Of a stretch of DNA of 64,000 bases, positions 56,072 to 64,000 are shown piece after piece. Position 1 is the first letter of the stretch. Every line of letters begins with the position of its first letter. The notes under the pieces are model-generated. The model ran no database searches and had not been told where the DNA came from. It worked only from the letters and a program-made list of their open reading frames with translations. This stretch comes from Vicinamibacteria bacterium (GTDB lineage: Bacteria > Acidobacteriota > Vicinamibacteria > Marinacidobacterales > Marinacidobacteraceae), in NCBI GenBank assembly GCA_963555995.3, contig OY821641.1, forward strand, positions 96,001 through 160,000. The letters are read 5' to 3'. Made by a program: the position numbers and the translations under genes.

Positions 56072-57205
56072 TCAGCGCGCGCCGGATCCGCCGAAGCGCC
56101 GCTCGTGGTCCCAGGTGGCGAAGCGGTCGGTCATGCCGGCGATGTAGTCGCAGACCACCCGCTCGTGGGAGGACCTCCCGATGCGCTCCTGGAAGTGGGA
56201 GGGCAGATCGCCCGGCGTTTCCAGGTAGTGCCGGAAGAGGTCGGGTAGCCGCCGGGTCTCCGCTTCGGTGGTCTCCGCCACGCGCGGGTGGCGGTAGAGG
56301 CGCTCATGGAGGATCGCCTTGAGTTCGCGGAGTTCGCCGTCGCGGCGCGCGGGAAGCCCGACGACGAGTGACCCGGACGGGGGCGCTTCCGGGTCGCTTC
56401 CGTGGGGTTCCTCGATGCCGGCTTCCCGGATGCGCCGCTCCGTCTCGCCGGCGAGCGCGGTGACGAGGTCGGCGATCACCCCGCGAAGCAGGGTGCGGAC
56501 CCTGACGCGCCCGTAGGGCTGTCCCTCTCCGAAGGACCCCGGCCAGTGCCGCCGGAAGATCGCCGCTTCCTCCAGGTCCGGGACGCCGATCAGCCCCGAG
56601 GAGAGGCCGTCCTCCATGTCGTGGGCGCTGTAGGCGATCTCGTCGGCGATGTCCGCGACCTGCGCCTCGAGGGGCGGCGGCCCGAGGCCCCGGAGGTCCT
56701 CCGGAACGAAACCCGTCCGGCTCGAGTGGGCGAAGATCCCGTGCCGCGACTCGCGGGTCAGGTTGAGGCCCGGAAAGTCCGGATAGGCGCGTTCGAGCTC
56801 GTCCACGATGCGGAAGGACTGGATGTTGTGTTCGAACCCGCCGTGGTCCCGCATCAGGCGGTCCAGCACCTCTTCTCCCGCGTGGCCGAAGGGGGTGTGG
56901 CCGAGGTCGTGGGCGAGGGCGACCGCCTCCGTGAGGTCTTCGTTGAGGCGGAGCGTGCGGGCGATCGTGCGGGCGATCTGCGCGACCTCGAGGGTGTGGG
57001 TGAGCCGGGTCCGGTAGTGGTCGCCCTCGTGGTTGATGAAGACCTGGGTCTTGTACTGGAGTCGGCGGAAGGCGCTCGAATGGATGATCCGGTCCCGGTC
57101 CCGCTGGTAGGCCGTCCGAAACCGGTCGGGGTCCTCCGGCCAGCGCCGTCCGGCGCTCGAGGCGCTGCGGCAGGCGGCGGGGCGGAGGCCCCTTTCTGCC
57201 TCCAC
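56072..57205 (-). CDS. dgt: Deoxyguanosinetriphosphate triphosphohydrolase (HD family)
   Basis: RTAYQRDRDRIIHSSAFRRLQYKTQVF, RTRLTHTLEV, AHDLGHTPFGHAGE, DYIAGMTDRFA. Confidence 0.95.
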   Translation of the reverse strand: MEAERGLRPAACRSASSAGRRWPEDPDRFRTAYQRDRDRIIHSSAFRRLQYKTQVFINHEGDHYRTRLTHTLEVAQIARTIARTLRLNEDLTEAVALAHDLGHTPFGHAGEEVLDRLMRDHGGFEHNIQSFRIVDELERAYPDFPGLNLTRESRHGIFAHSSRTGFVPEDLRGLGPPPLEAQVADIADEIAYSAHDMEDGLSSGLIGVPDLEEAAIFRRHWPGSFGEGQPYGRVRVRTLLRGVIADLVTALAGETERRIREAGIEEPHGSDPEAPPSGSLVVGLPARRDGELRELKAILHERLYRHPRVAETTEAETRRLPDLFRHYLETPGDLPSHFQERIGRSSHERVVCDYIAGMTDRFATWDHERRFGGSGAR

Positions 57206-57214
57206 CCGGTCCGC

Positions 57215-58162
57215 CTAACCCGGCGCGTAGTAGCCGAGCTTGGTCCGTACCCGGAGGTCCGGGCGGTTGGTCTGCACCACGATGCGCCGCCAGGCGCCGT
57301 CCTGCCGGGGGTTGTTGGAGATGTAGCCGACGTTGTACTGGCTCTTGAGTTCCTCGGCGATCCGGGCGTACACCGAGTCCAGTTCGGCCAGCTCGGCGGG
57401 GAAGAACCACTGGCCGCCGGTCTCTTCGGCCAGGTTCTTGAGGACGTGTTCGGCCTCGGAGAAGCGCCTGCCGCGCCGGCGCGCGGTGTTCTGGAGCGAG
57501 ATGGAGTAGATGACGACGTCGGTGTCCTTGGTCAGGTCGAGCACCTGTTCGAAGGTGACGAGCGAGCTGGTGTCCCGGCCGTCGGAGAGCAGGATGATGG
57601 CCTGCCGACGGGCCTCCATCCGCTGGCGTTCGAGCGAGCGGAGCGAGATGTACATGGCGTTGTGCAGCTTGGTGGTGCCGCCCGCCTGGGTCATCCGGAT
57701 GGCGTGCTCGAGTTCGCCGTGGTCGTTCGTGAACTTCTGCAGGATGTTGGCGTTGCTGCCGAACTCGACCACCTGCGCCACGTCCTCGATTCGCAGCGTC
57801 TCGGTGAACCGGACCGCCGCCTCCTGGGCGAAGTTCATCTTGTCCACCATGCTTGCCGAGGTGTCGAGCAGCAGCACCATGCGGATCGGCAGGTCCTCGC
57901 GCGAGAACGCCTCGATTTCCTGCAGGATGCCGTCCTCATAGACCGAGAAGTCCTCCTCGATGAGGTCGGTGATGAACCGCTCGCGAGCGTCGGTGACGGT
58001 GACGTTGAGCGAGATCAGGTCCACCGTGACCCGGAACTGGTAGGCCTGCTGGACGAGGGGACCGGCGGCCGCGGTCAGGCCGCCGAGGACGAGGGTGAGG
58101 GCGCCGGCGGCGACCACTCCCCGCCATCCCCGAAAGGACCGGCGGGCGGCGCGGAATTCCAT
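57215..58162 (-). CDS. VWA domain protein (acidobacterial VWFA-related type)
   Basis: FRVTVDLISLNVTVTD, MIDAS DTSASM, T.L..A, LSDGRDTSS, LAEETGG, QYNVGY...DGAWRRI.V...VRTKLGYYAP. Confidence 0.92.
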   Translation of the reverse strand: MEFRAARRSFRGWRGVVAAGALTLVLGGLTAAAGPLVQQAYQFRVTVDLISLNVTVTDARERFITDLIEEDFSVYEDGILQEIEAFSREDLPIRMVLLLDTSASMVDKMNFAQEAAVRFTETLRIEDVAQVVEFGSNANILQKFTNDHGELEHAIRMTQAGGTTKLHNAMYISLRSLERQRMEARRQAIILLSDGRDTSSLVTFEQVLDLTKDTDVVIYSISLQNTARRRGRRFSEAEHVLKNLAEETGGQWFFPAELAELDSVYARIAEELKSQYNVGYISNNPRQDGAWRRIVVQTNRPDLRVRTKLGYYAPG

Positions 58163-58255
58163 GAGCAACCCGCTATTCTGACGCAATTCCCGCGCCCTCC
58201 CCGTGCTCCTCCTCCCTTTTCCGGGCTTGCCGGAAAGCCGCCAAACCGGGTGACG

Positions 58256-58801
58256 GTGTCCAACCACTCCGGGCCCGCCGCCGGCGCCGCGTCCTCCGGC
58301 CCGACCGCCGCGATCCTGACCGCGAGCGACGGGTGCGCGGCCGGGGTGGTCCCCGATCGTTCCGGGGTCGTCGCCCGAGGGATCCTCGAGGAGCTCGGGT
58401 TTCGCATCGCCGATGCGGCGATCGTGCCCGACGAAGTGGACGCCATCCGGGAACGGGTGGGCGCCTGGGCGGCGTCCGGGATTCGCCTGGTGCTGACGAC
58501 CGGCGGCACCGGGCTCGGCCCCCGGGACCGCACGCCGGAAGCGGTCGCGCCGCTTCTCGACCGCGAGCTCCCGGGTTACGGCGAACTGCTGCGGTCCGAG
58601 GGTCTCCGGGACACGCCGATGGCGGTCCTCTCCCGGAGCCTCGCGGGGAGCATCGGCGCCACCCTGGTGATCGTCCTGCCGGGGAGCCCGCGGGCCGTCG
58701 AAGGCGGGCTCCGGACGCTGGCTCCGACGATCCCCCACGCGCTGCAACTGCTGGCCGGAGACACCGCGCATTCGCGTTCCGTAAGCGCCCGTAACGATTG
58801 A
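58256..58801 (+). CDS. MogA/MoaB family molybdenum cofactor biosynthesis protein
   Basis: LTASD, DRSG, VPDE, TTGGTGLGPRDRTPEA, LSRSLAG, LPGSPRAV; start approximate. Confidence 0.9.
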   Translation: MSNHSGPAAGAASSGPTAAILTASDGCAAGVVPDRSGVVARGILEELGFRIADAAIVPDEVDAIRERVGAWAASGIRLVLTTGGTGLGPRDRTPEAVAPLLDRELPGYGELLRSEGLRDTPMAVLSRSLAGSIGATLVIVLPGSPRAVEGGLRTLAPTIPHALQLLAGDTAHSRSVSARND

Positions 58802-58860
58802 TATACTTGGCCAATTCCACCGCGCCGCACCCGGCTTGAGGCGGTGGGCGGACTCCGAAA

Positions 58861-59193
58861 ATGACCCCCGAAGAACTGCAACTGCACGAGGCGAACCTGC
58901 TGGCGAAAAAGGCCGCCATCGAGAAGCTCGTGCACACGCGCACCTTCTCGCGGACCCCGCCGCACGGAGATGACGGGGACCGCTCCATGGTCGCGAACGA
59001 CGACGAGATCGTGATCCAGCTTCAGCAGAACGACGCCAAGCTGCTCCGCGCCATAGACAAGGCGCTCGCCCGGATCAAAACCGGCGAATTCGGCATCTGT
59101 TCCGACTGCGACGAGGAGATCCCGCGCCTCCGGCTGGAGGCGGTCCCCTGGACGCGCGTCTGCGTCCCCTGCAAGGAACGCCAGTACTCCTGA
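58861..59193 (+). CDS. TraR/DksA family C4 zinc-finger protein
   Basis: DDGDRS coiled-coil tip, IDKALARI, CSDC...RLEAVPW...CVPC. Confidence 0.9.
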   Translation: MTPEELQLHEANLLAKKAAIEKLVHTRTFSRTPPHGDDGDRSMVANDDEIVIQLQQNDAKLLRAIDKALARIKTGEFGICSDCDEEIPRLRLEAVPWTRVCVPCKERQYS

Positions 59194-59212
59194 ACCCCGG
59201 CACTGCCGGCCC

Positions 59213-59260
59213 GGAACGCCGGTCTCCAGACCGGCACGCGCGGTGCTCCGCACCGCGCAC
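59213..59260 (+). repeat. REP-like unit
   Basis: GGAACGCCGGTC-TCCA-GACCGGCA + GCGCGGTGC-TCC-GCACCGCGC. Confidence 0.8.
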
Positions 59261-59352
59261 GGCCCAAACCCCCTACCGAAAGGGTGGCTCCAGCCTCGGC
59301 GCGGGGCTCAAGAGCGCCGATAGCGCCGTCGGCTTGGTACGCTGACCCGCGT

Positions 59353-60144
59353 ATGGATCTCGGAATCACCGGCCGCGCCGCGGTCGTGGCCGCCGGCAGC
59401 CAGGGCCTCGGCCGCGCCGTCGCCGAAGCGCTGGCCGCGGAAGGAGCCCGCATCGCTATCGGAGCGCGGGGCCGGGATGCGCTCGACCGCACCGCCGCGG
59501 AGATCCGCGACCGTCACGGGGTGGAAGTCCTCGCCCATCAGGTGGACGTCGGCGATCCGGATGCCGCGTTCGGGTTCGTCCGGGCGGCGGAGGAGCGCTT
59601 CGGGCAGGTGGACATCCTGGTGACGAACGCCGGAGGCCCGCCCCCGACCCGGCTCAAGGACACGACGCCCCAGCAGTGGCGCGACGCGCTCGAAGCGAAC
59701 CTGCTCTCCTGCGTGAACCTGGTGCGGGCGGCCCTGCCGGGCATGATCTCGCGCCGCTGGGGACGGGTTCTCGCCATCGCGTCGGTCTCGGTGAAGCAGC
59801 CGGTCCCGGACATCATCCTCTCCAACACCGCGCGGTCCGGGATCGCCGGGTTCATGAAGTCGCTCGCCAACGAGGCCGCGCCCCACGGAGTGCTCGCCAA
59901 CGTGCTCTGTCCGGGATACACGCGCACGGCCCGGCTCGTCGAGCTGGCCGACCACCTTGCGGAGAAGCGCGGGTGCACGGTGGATGAGGTGTACGCCGAC
60001 TGGTCGAAGGACATTCCGCTCGGACGGGTCGGGGAACCGGAGGAGTTCGCCGCCGCGGCCGCCTTCCTCGTCTCCGAGCGCGCCAGTTACATCACGGGGA
60101 CGGTGCTCGCCGTGGACGGCGGCCACGTCAAGAGCGTGACCTGA
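59353..60144 (+). CDS. SDR family oxidoreductase
   Basis: AAGSQGLG, VTNAGGPP, LSNTARSG, IPLGRVGEPEEFA, ASYITG...VDGG. Confidence 0.92.
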   Translation: MDLGITGRAAVVAAGSQGLGRAVAEALAAEGARIAIGARGRDALDRTAAEIRDRHGVEVLAHQVDVGDPDAAFGFVRAAEERFGQVDILVTNAGGPPPTRLKDTTPQQWRDALEANLLSCVNLVRAALPGMISRRWGRVLAIASVSVKQPVPDIILSNTARSGIAGFMKSLANEAAPHGVLANVLCPGYTRTARLVELADHLAEKRGCTVDEVYADWSKDIPLGRVGEPEEFAAAAAFLVSERASYITGTVLAVDGGHVKSVT

Positions 60145-60251
60145 GTCGCCCCGGTGTCCGCGATTCCGTCCTGTTTCCAACGACGGACGGGCTGTTGCAG
60201 AAAATCCCCACTCGGTGGGGAAAAACTGTACTTACCGAAAGATCACGCCAT

Positions 60252-60344
60252 TCAAGCGCAGGTGGGCCCGGACCCCATGAGGCGGGCGACGGCAGCCCAG
60301 GCCGCGTCGTAGTCGCGTTCGTTCCTGATGGGCCTGATCTTCAT
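60252..60344 (-). pseudogene. Truncated HigA-like antitoxin N-terminus (30 codons)
   Basis: MKIRPIRNERDYDAA...RLM resembles HigA N-termini; it stops before the HTH. Confidence 0.6.
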
Positions 60345-60589
60345 CGGACAGTCGTCGCCGGAGTTGGAGGGCTCGCGTCTCTTGGCGGCAGGTCGCCTTC
60401 CTCCAAGGCGGAAGCCAACGGCAGACGGCCGAAGGAGGGGACGCTCCGGAGCCGTTCCCATTCGGCGACCCCGAGGAGGACGGCGCGCGGTTGCCCGCGG
60501 CGGGTGATGACGGCGGCCTCTCCGTGCGCCGCGCTCTCGACGAGAGCGGACAACGTGGCCTTGGCTTCGCGCAACGAAACCGTTCGCAT
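60341..60589 (-). CDS. Phd/YefM family antitoxin
   Basis: VSLREAKATLSALVESAAHGEAAVITRRGQPRAVL; GGGAG RBS. Confidence 0.88.
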   Translation of the reverse strand: MRTVSLREAKATLSALVESAAHGEAAVITRRGQPRAVLLGVAEWERLRSVPSFGRLPLASALEEGDLPPRDASPPTPATTVR

Positions 60590-60703
60590 CCGATCTCCCG
60601 ACAGAACCACGGTGGTCATCGTAGCGGTCCGCGGAGGTCGGGTCACCGTTCGCCGTGATGCAGCGGGACAGGAGCGCCATCGCGCGGGTCAGCGTCGCGC
60701 GAC

Positions 60704-60815
60704 GCGCTGCGCTCCGCGCAGCGCGTGCCGGTCTGAAGACCGGCGCTCCCGGTCGGCAGCGCCATCAGGGCGGGTTTCACGCTCCCGCGTGATGCCGACC
60801 GGAGGTCGGCGCTCC
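60704..60815 (-). repeat. REP-like cluster (two units)
   Basis: Minus strand: GGAGCGCCGACC-TCC-GGTCGGCA-TCACGC-GGGA-GCGTGA-AACCC and GGGAGCGCCGGTC-TTCA-GACCGGCA + GCGCTGCGC-GGA-GCGCAGCGC. Confidence 0.8.
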
Positions 60816-60894
60816 GAGCCGGCGGCGCCATCACGACGGTTGTTTCTGTGCCCGCGGAGACCTTGACGCGCCACAGGACCGGCGGTTCCCCACG

Positions 60895-60923
60895 TTGACC
60901 TAAAGGCCCCGATCCGGTACCTT
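60895..60923 (+). promoter_or_regulatory. Putative sigma70 promoter upstream of nuoL
   Basis: TTGACC-N17-TACCTT. Confidence 0.5.
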
Positions 60924-60970
60924 CCGCGCGCCGTCCGTTCCCCCGTTTCAGGAGTGCTCAGTAGCCCGTT

Positions 60971-62995
60971 TTGAACTCCCTGCTCTGGCTCATTCCGGTC
61001 CTTCCCGGGGTGGGCGCCGCGATCAACGGTCTCTTCGGGAAACGCCTCGGCAAGCGGCTCAGCGGCCTGCTCGCCTGCGGGTCGGTCGCCGCCTCCTTCC
61101 TGATCGCGCTGGGGTTCTTCTTCACGGTCTTCCTCGCCGAGGGCGGCGCGTCGGCCCGCGTGGAGCAGTCCCTCTTCTCCTGGATCCCGAGCATGGGGGT
61201 GGACTGGGCCTACCGCCTCGACTCGCTCTCGATGCTGATGACCCTGGTGGTTACCGGGATCGGGCTGCTGATCCACATCTACTCGCTCGGCTACATGAGC
61301 CACGACGCGGGCTTCAGCCGGTTCTTCTCCTACCTGAACCTGTTCACCTTCTTCATGCTGAACCTGGTGCTGGGCGCGAACATGCTGCTCCTGTTCATCG
61401 GCTGGGAGGGGGTGGGGCTCTGTTCCTACCTGCTGATCGGGTTCTGGTTCGAGCGGCCGGCGGCGGCGGCCGCGGGGAAGAAGGCGTTCATCGTGAACCG
61501 GATCGGGGACGCCGGCTTCATCATGGCGGTGTTCCTGACCTTCGTCACCTTCGGGACGCTCGACTTCTACGGGGTGATGGGGCAGATCTCCGCTTCGGAG
61601 ATGCACGGCGGGGTGCTGACCGCGATCGGGGTGCTGCTCTTCGTCGGCGCCGCCGGCAAGTCCGCGCAGATTCCCCTCTACGTCTGGCTGCCGGACGCGA
61701 TGGAGGGGCCGACCCCGGTCTCGGCGCTGATCCACGCGGCGACCATGGTCACCGCAGGTGTCTACATGGTGGCTCGCAGCGGCGTCCTCTTCTCGCACGC
61801 TCCGGCGGCGATGGCGCTGGTCGCCACGATCGGAGCCCTGACCGCGATCTTCGCGGCCTCCATCGCGCTCTTCCAGAACGACATCAAGAAGGTCCTCGCC
61901 TACTCCACTGTCTCCCAGCTCGGCTACATGTTCCTGGGCGCCGGGGTCGGGGCCTTCGCGGCGGCGATCTTCCACCTGATGACCCACGCCTTCTTCAAGG
62001 CGTGCCTCTTCCTCGGCTCGGGCAGCGTCATCCACACCATGGAGCACGCCGAGCACGCTTCCGGCGGGCATCGCCACTACACCGAGATGCAGGACATGCG
62101 GAACATGGGCGGCCTCCTGCGCCACATGCCCCGGACCGCGTGGACCTTCATGATCGCCACCGTGGCCATCGCGGGCATCCCGCCGCTCGCCGGGTTCTTC
62201 AGCAAGGACGAGATCCTCTGGAAGACCTTCGAGGGCGGCCACTTCGCCCTTTGGGCGCTCGCGGCGGCGGCCGCCGCGATGACCGCGTTCTACATGAGCC
62301 GGCAGGTCATCATGACCTTCTGGGGCGACTTCCGGGGCGGCGCGGCGATGGAGAAGCACCTCCACGAGTCGGCGCCCTCGATGACCGTCCCGCTGATCAT
62401 CCTCGCGGCGGGCTCGGTGGTCGCCGGCTTCGTGGGCGTCCCCGCGGCGCTCGGCGGAGCAAACCGGATCGAGCACTTCCTCGAGCCGGCCATCTATGCC
62501 GGCGGTCACGGCCCGGCCCCGATCCCCCACGCCTCCTACGCGGTGGAGTACGCCCTGATGGGACTCTCGGTGGCGCTGGCCGCCGCGGGGATCTTCTACG
62601 CCTACCGCCGCTACTGGACCGGACCGACGCGCGACTCGGCGCTCGCCGGGAGCCGCGCCTACCGGACGCTGCTCAACAAGTACTACGTGGACGAGATCTA
62701 CGACGCGACCGCCGTCTCCGGCACGGTGCGCGGCGGCGAGGGCCTCTACCGCTTCGACCAGAAGGTGGTGGACGGAGCCGTGAACGGCTCCGCGTCGCTC
62801 ACCCGGCTCTCCGGGGACCTTTCCGACCTGAGCGACCAGAACCTCGTGGACCGGGCGGTCAACCTGGTCGCCGAGATCCTGGCCGCCGCTTCCACGCGGT
62901 TCCGGCGGCTCCAGACCGGGCTGTTCCAGAACTACGCCCTGCTCATGCTGTTCGCCGTGGTCCTGCTCGCCGGGGCCCTCACCCTCTGGAGTTAG
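60971..62995 (+). CDS. nuoL: NADH-quinone oxidoreductase subunit L
   Basis: GWEGVGLCSYLLIGFW, NRIGD, GKSAQIPLYVWLPDAMEGPTPVSALIHAATMV, THAFFKA; TTG start. Confidence 0.96.
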   Translation: MNSLLWLIPVLPGVGAAINGLFGKRLGKRLSGLLACGSVAASFLIALGFFFTVFLAEGGASARVEQSLFSWIPSMGVDWAYRLDSLSMLMTLVVTGIGLLIHIYSLGYMSHDAGFSRFFSYLNLFTFFMLNLVLGANMLLLFIGWEGVGLCSYLLIGFWFERPAAAAAGKKAFIVNRIGDAGFIMAVFLTFVTFGTLDFYGVMGQISASEMHGGVLTAIGVLLFVGAAGKSAQIPLYVWLPDAMEGPTPVSALIHAATMVTAGVYMVARSGVLFSHAPAAMALVATIGALTAIFAASIALFQNDIKKVLAYSTVSQLGYMFLGAGVGAFAAAIFHLMTHAFFKACLFLGSGSVIHTMEHAEHASGGHRHYTEMQDMRNMGGLLRHMPRTAWTFMIATVAIAGIPPLAGFFSKDEILWKTFEGGHFALWALAAAAAAMTAFYMSRQVIMTFWGDFRGGAAMEKHLHESAPSMTVPLIILAAGSVVAGFVGVPAALGGANRIEHFLEPAIYAGGHGPAPIPHASYAVEYALMGLSVALAAAGIFYAYRRYWTGPTRDSALAGSRAYRTLLNKYYVDEIYDATAVSGTVRGGEGLYRFDQKVVDGAVNGSASLTRLSGDLSDLSDQNLVDRAVNLVAEILAAASTRFRRLQTGLFQNYALLMLFAVVLLAGALTLWS

Positions 62996-63030
62996 CAGCC
63001 CGACCGCGCGGTTAGCTCCACACAAGCCGA

Positions 63031-64000
63031 ATGTTCGAGAACAACCCCTTCAACTTCCCGATCCTGTCGCTGGTGGTCTTCTTCCCGGCGATCGCGGCGC
63101 TCTTCATCCTGTTCTTCGTCAAGAAGACCGACGAGGACCGGGTCCGCTGGCTCGCGAACGGCGCGGCGCTGATCGGGTTCCTGATCTCGCTGCCGCTGTG
63201 GTTCGCCTTCGACGCCGCCGGGCCGCAGTTCCAGTTCGGCGAGCGCTACGAGTGGATCCCGAGCATCGGCGTCGAATACAACCTCGGCCTCGACGGCATC
63301 AGCCTGCTGCTGGTCCTGATGACCACGCTGCTCGGCTTCATCGCCATCCTGTCGTCCTGGAAGGCGGTCACCGAGCGGGTCAAGCAGTACTACGTCTTCC
63401 TGCTGCTGCTCCAGACCGGAATGCTCGGCGTCTTCGTGGCGCTCGACTTCTTCCTGTTCTACGTGTTCTGGGAAGTGATGCTGGTCCCGATGTACTTCCT
63501 GATCGGGGTCTGGGGTGGCCCGAGGAAGCTCTACGCGGCCATCAAGTTCTTCCTCTACACGCTGGTGGGCAGCGTCCTGATGCTGCTCGGCATCCTGGCG
63601 CTCTACTTCGCCCACCACGGGGCGACCGGCGAATACACCTTCGACCTGCTCCGCCTCATGGAGACCTCCTACGCGTCGGGTCTCCAGTTCTGGGTGTTCC
63701 TCGCCTTCTTCATCGGGTTCGCGATCAAGGTCCCGATGTTCCCGTTCCACACCTGGCTGCCGGACGCCCACGTCGAGGCGCCCACCGCCGGTTCGGTCAT
63801 TCTGGCCGGGGTGCTGCTGAAGATGGGGACCTACGGCTTCGTGCGGTTTTCGATCCCGCTCCTGCCGGAGGCGAGCCGCGAGGCGGTGTGGTGGGTCGCC
63901 ACCCTCGCGATCATCGGGATCATCTACGGGGCGCTCGTCGCGCTGGTCCAGAAGGACTGGAAGAGCCTCGTGGCCTACAGCTCGGTGAGCCACCTCGGTT
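63031..64000 (+). CDS. nuoM: NADH-quinone oxidoreductase subunit M (3'-partial)
   Basis: Own translation from ATG 63031: GLDGISLLLV, FYVFWEVMLVPMYFLIG, KVPMFPFHTWLPDAHVEAPTAGSVILAGVLLKMG, AYSSVSHLG; runs off the window. Confidence 0.95.
   Translation, partial: MFENNPFNFPILSLVVFFPAIAALFILFFVKKTDEDRVRWLANGAALIGFLISLPLWFAFDAAGPQFQFGERYEWIPSIGVEYNLGLDGISLLLVLMTTLLGFIAILSSWKAVTERVKQYYVFLLLLQTGMLGVFVALDFFLFYVFWEVMLVPMYFLIGVWGGPRKLYAAIKFFLYTLVGSVLMLLGILALYFAHHGATGEYTFDLLRLMETSYASGLQFWVFLAFFIGFAIKVPMFPFHTWLPDAHVEAPTAGSVILAGVLLKMGTYGFVRFSIPLLPEASREAVWWVATLAIIGIIYGALVALVQKDWKSLVAYSSVSHLG

Noticed and set aside
4115-63993. Many long antisense or off-frame ORFs (e.g. 4115..7012, 29407..32610, 31659..35012, 37163..39640, 60689..63025, 62992..63993)
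   Set aside because: Shadow ORFs expected in high-GC DNA opposite genes with clear family motifs; no motifs of their own.
1-64000. rRNA, tRNA, prophage, IS transposase
   Set aside because: No such sequence was recognised by eye; a tRNAscan/Rfam run would be needed to exclude small RNAs.

Overview
Very GC-rich bacterial chromosomal window. The gene content suggests Acidobacteriota (an acidobacterial-type VWA protein, an Oar-like TonB-dependent receptor, a sulfatase-TPR fusion, a CRTAC1/ASPIC-UnbV protein); this assignment is an inference. About 50 genes are recognisable. Housekeeping and metabolism: a MutS-like ATPase, ruvB, queA, an acyl-CoA carboxylase/AtuA cluster, an aminotransferase with a D-2-hydroxyacid dehydrogenase, an M3 peptidase, ALDH7, dGTPase, MogA/MoaB, DksA/TraR, an SDR and nuoL-nuoM. 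Transport: MacAB/FtsX-type and Gld-type ABC systems. Between them sit small accessory inserts: VapBC x2, RelE/ParE, a nucleotidyltransferase pair, three orphan antitoxins, and McrC and HigA remnants. The non-coding structure is the most striking part. (1) An 11-unit array at 18455-18789 has a near-invariant 15-nt core (AAAGACCGTAGAACC), 31-33-nt period and a strand-specific mini-hairpin in each unit; it is not CRISPR. (2) A REP-like palindrome family (GGAGCGCC-stem-TTCA/TCC-stem-GGCA) occurs at about 14 loci with compensatory stem changes, including a ~205-bp composite element present twice, and often lies next to the toxin-antitoxin inserts. No rRNA, tRNA, cas, integrase or transposase gene was recognised.
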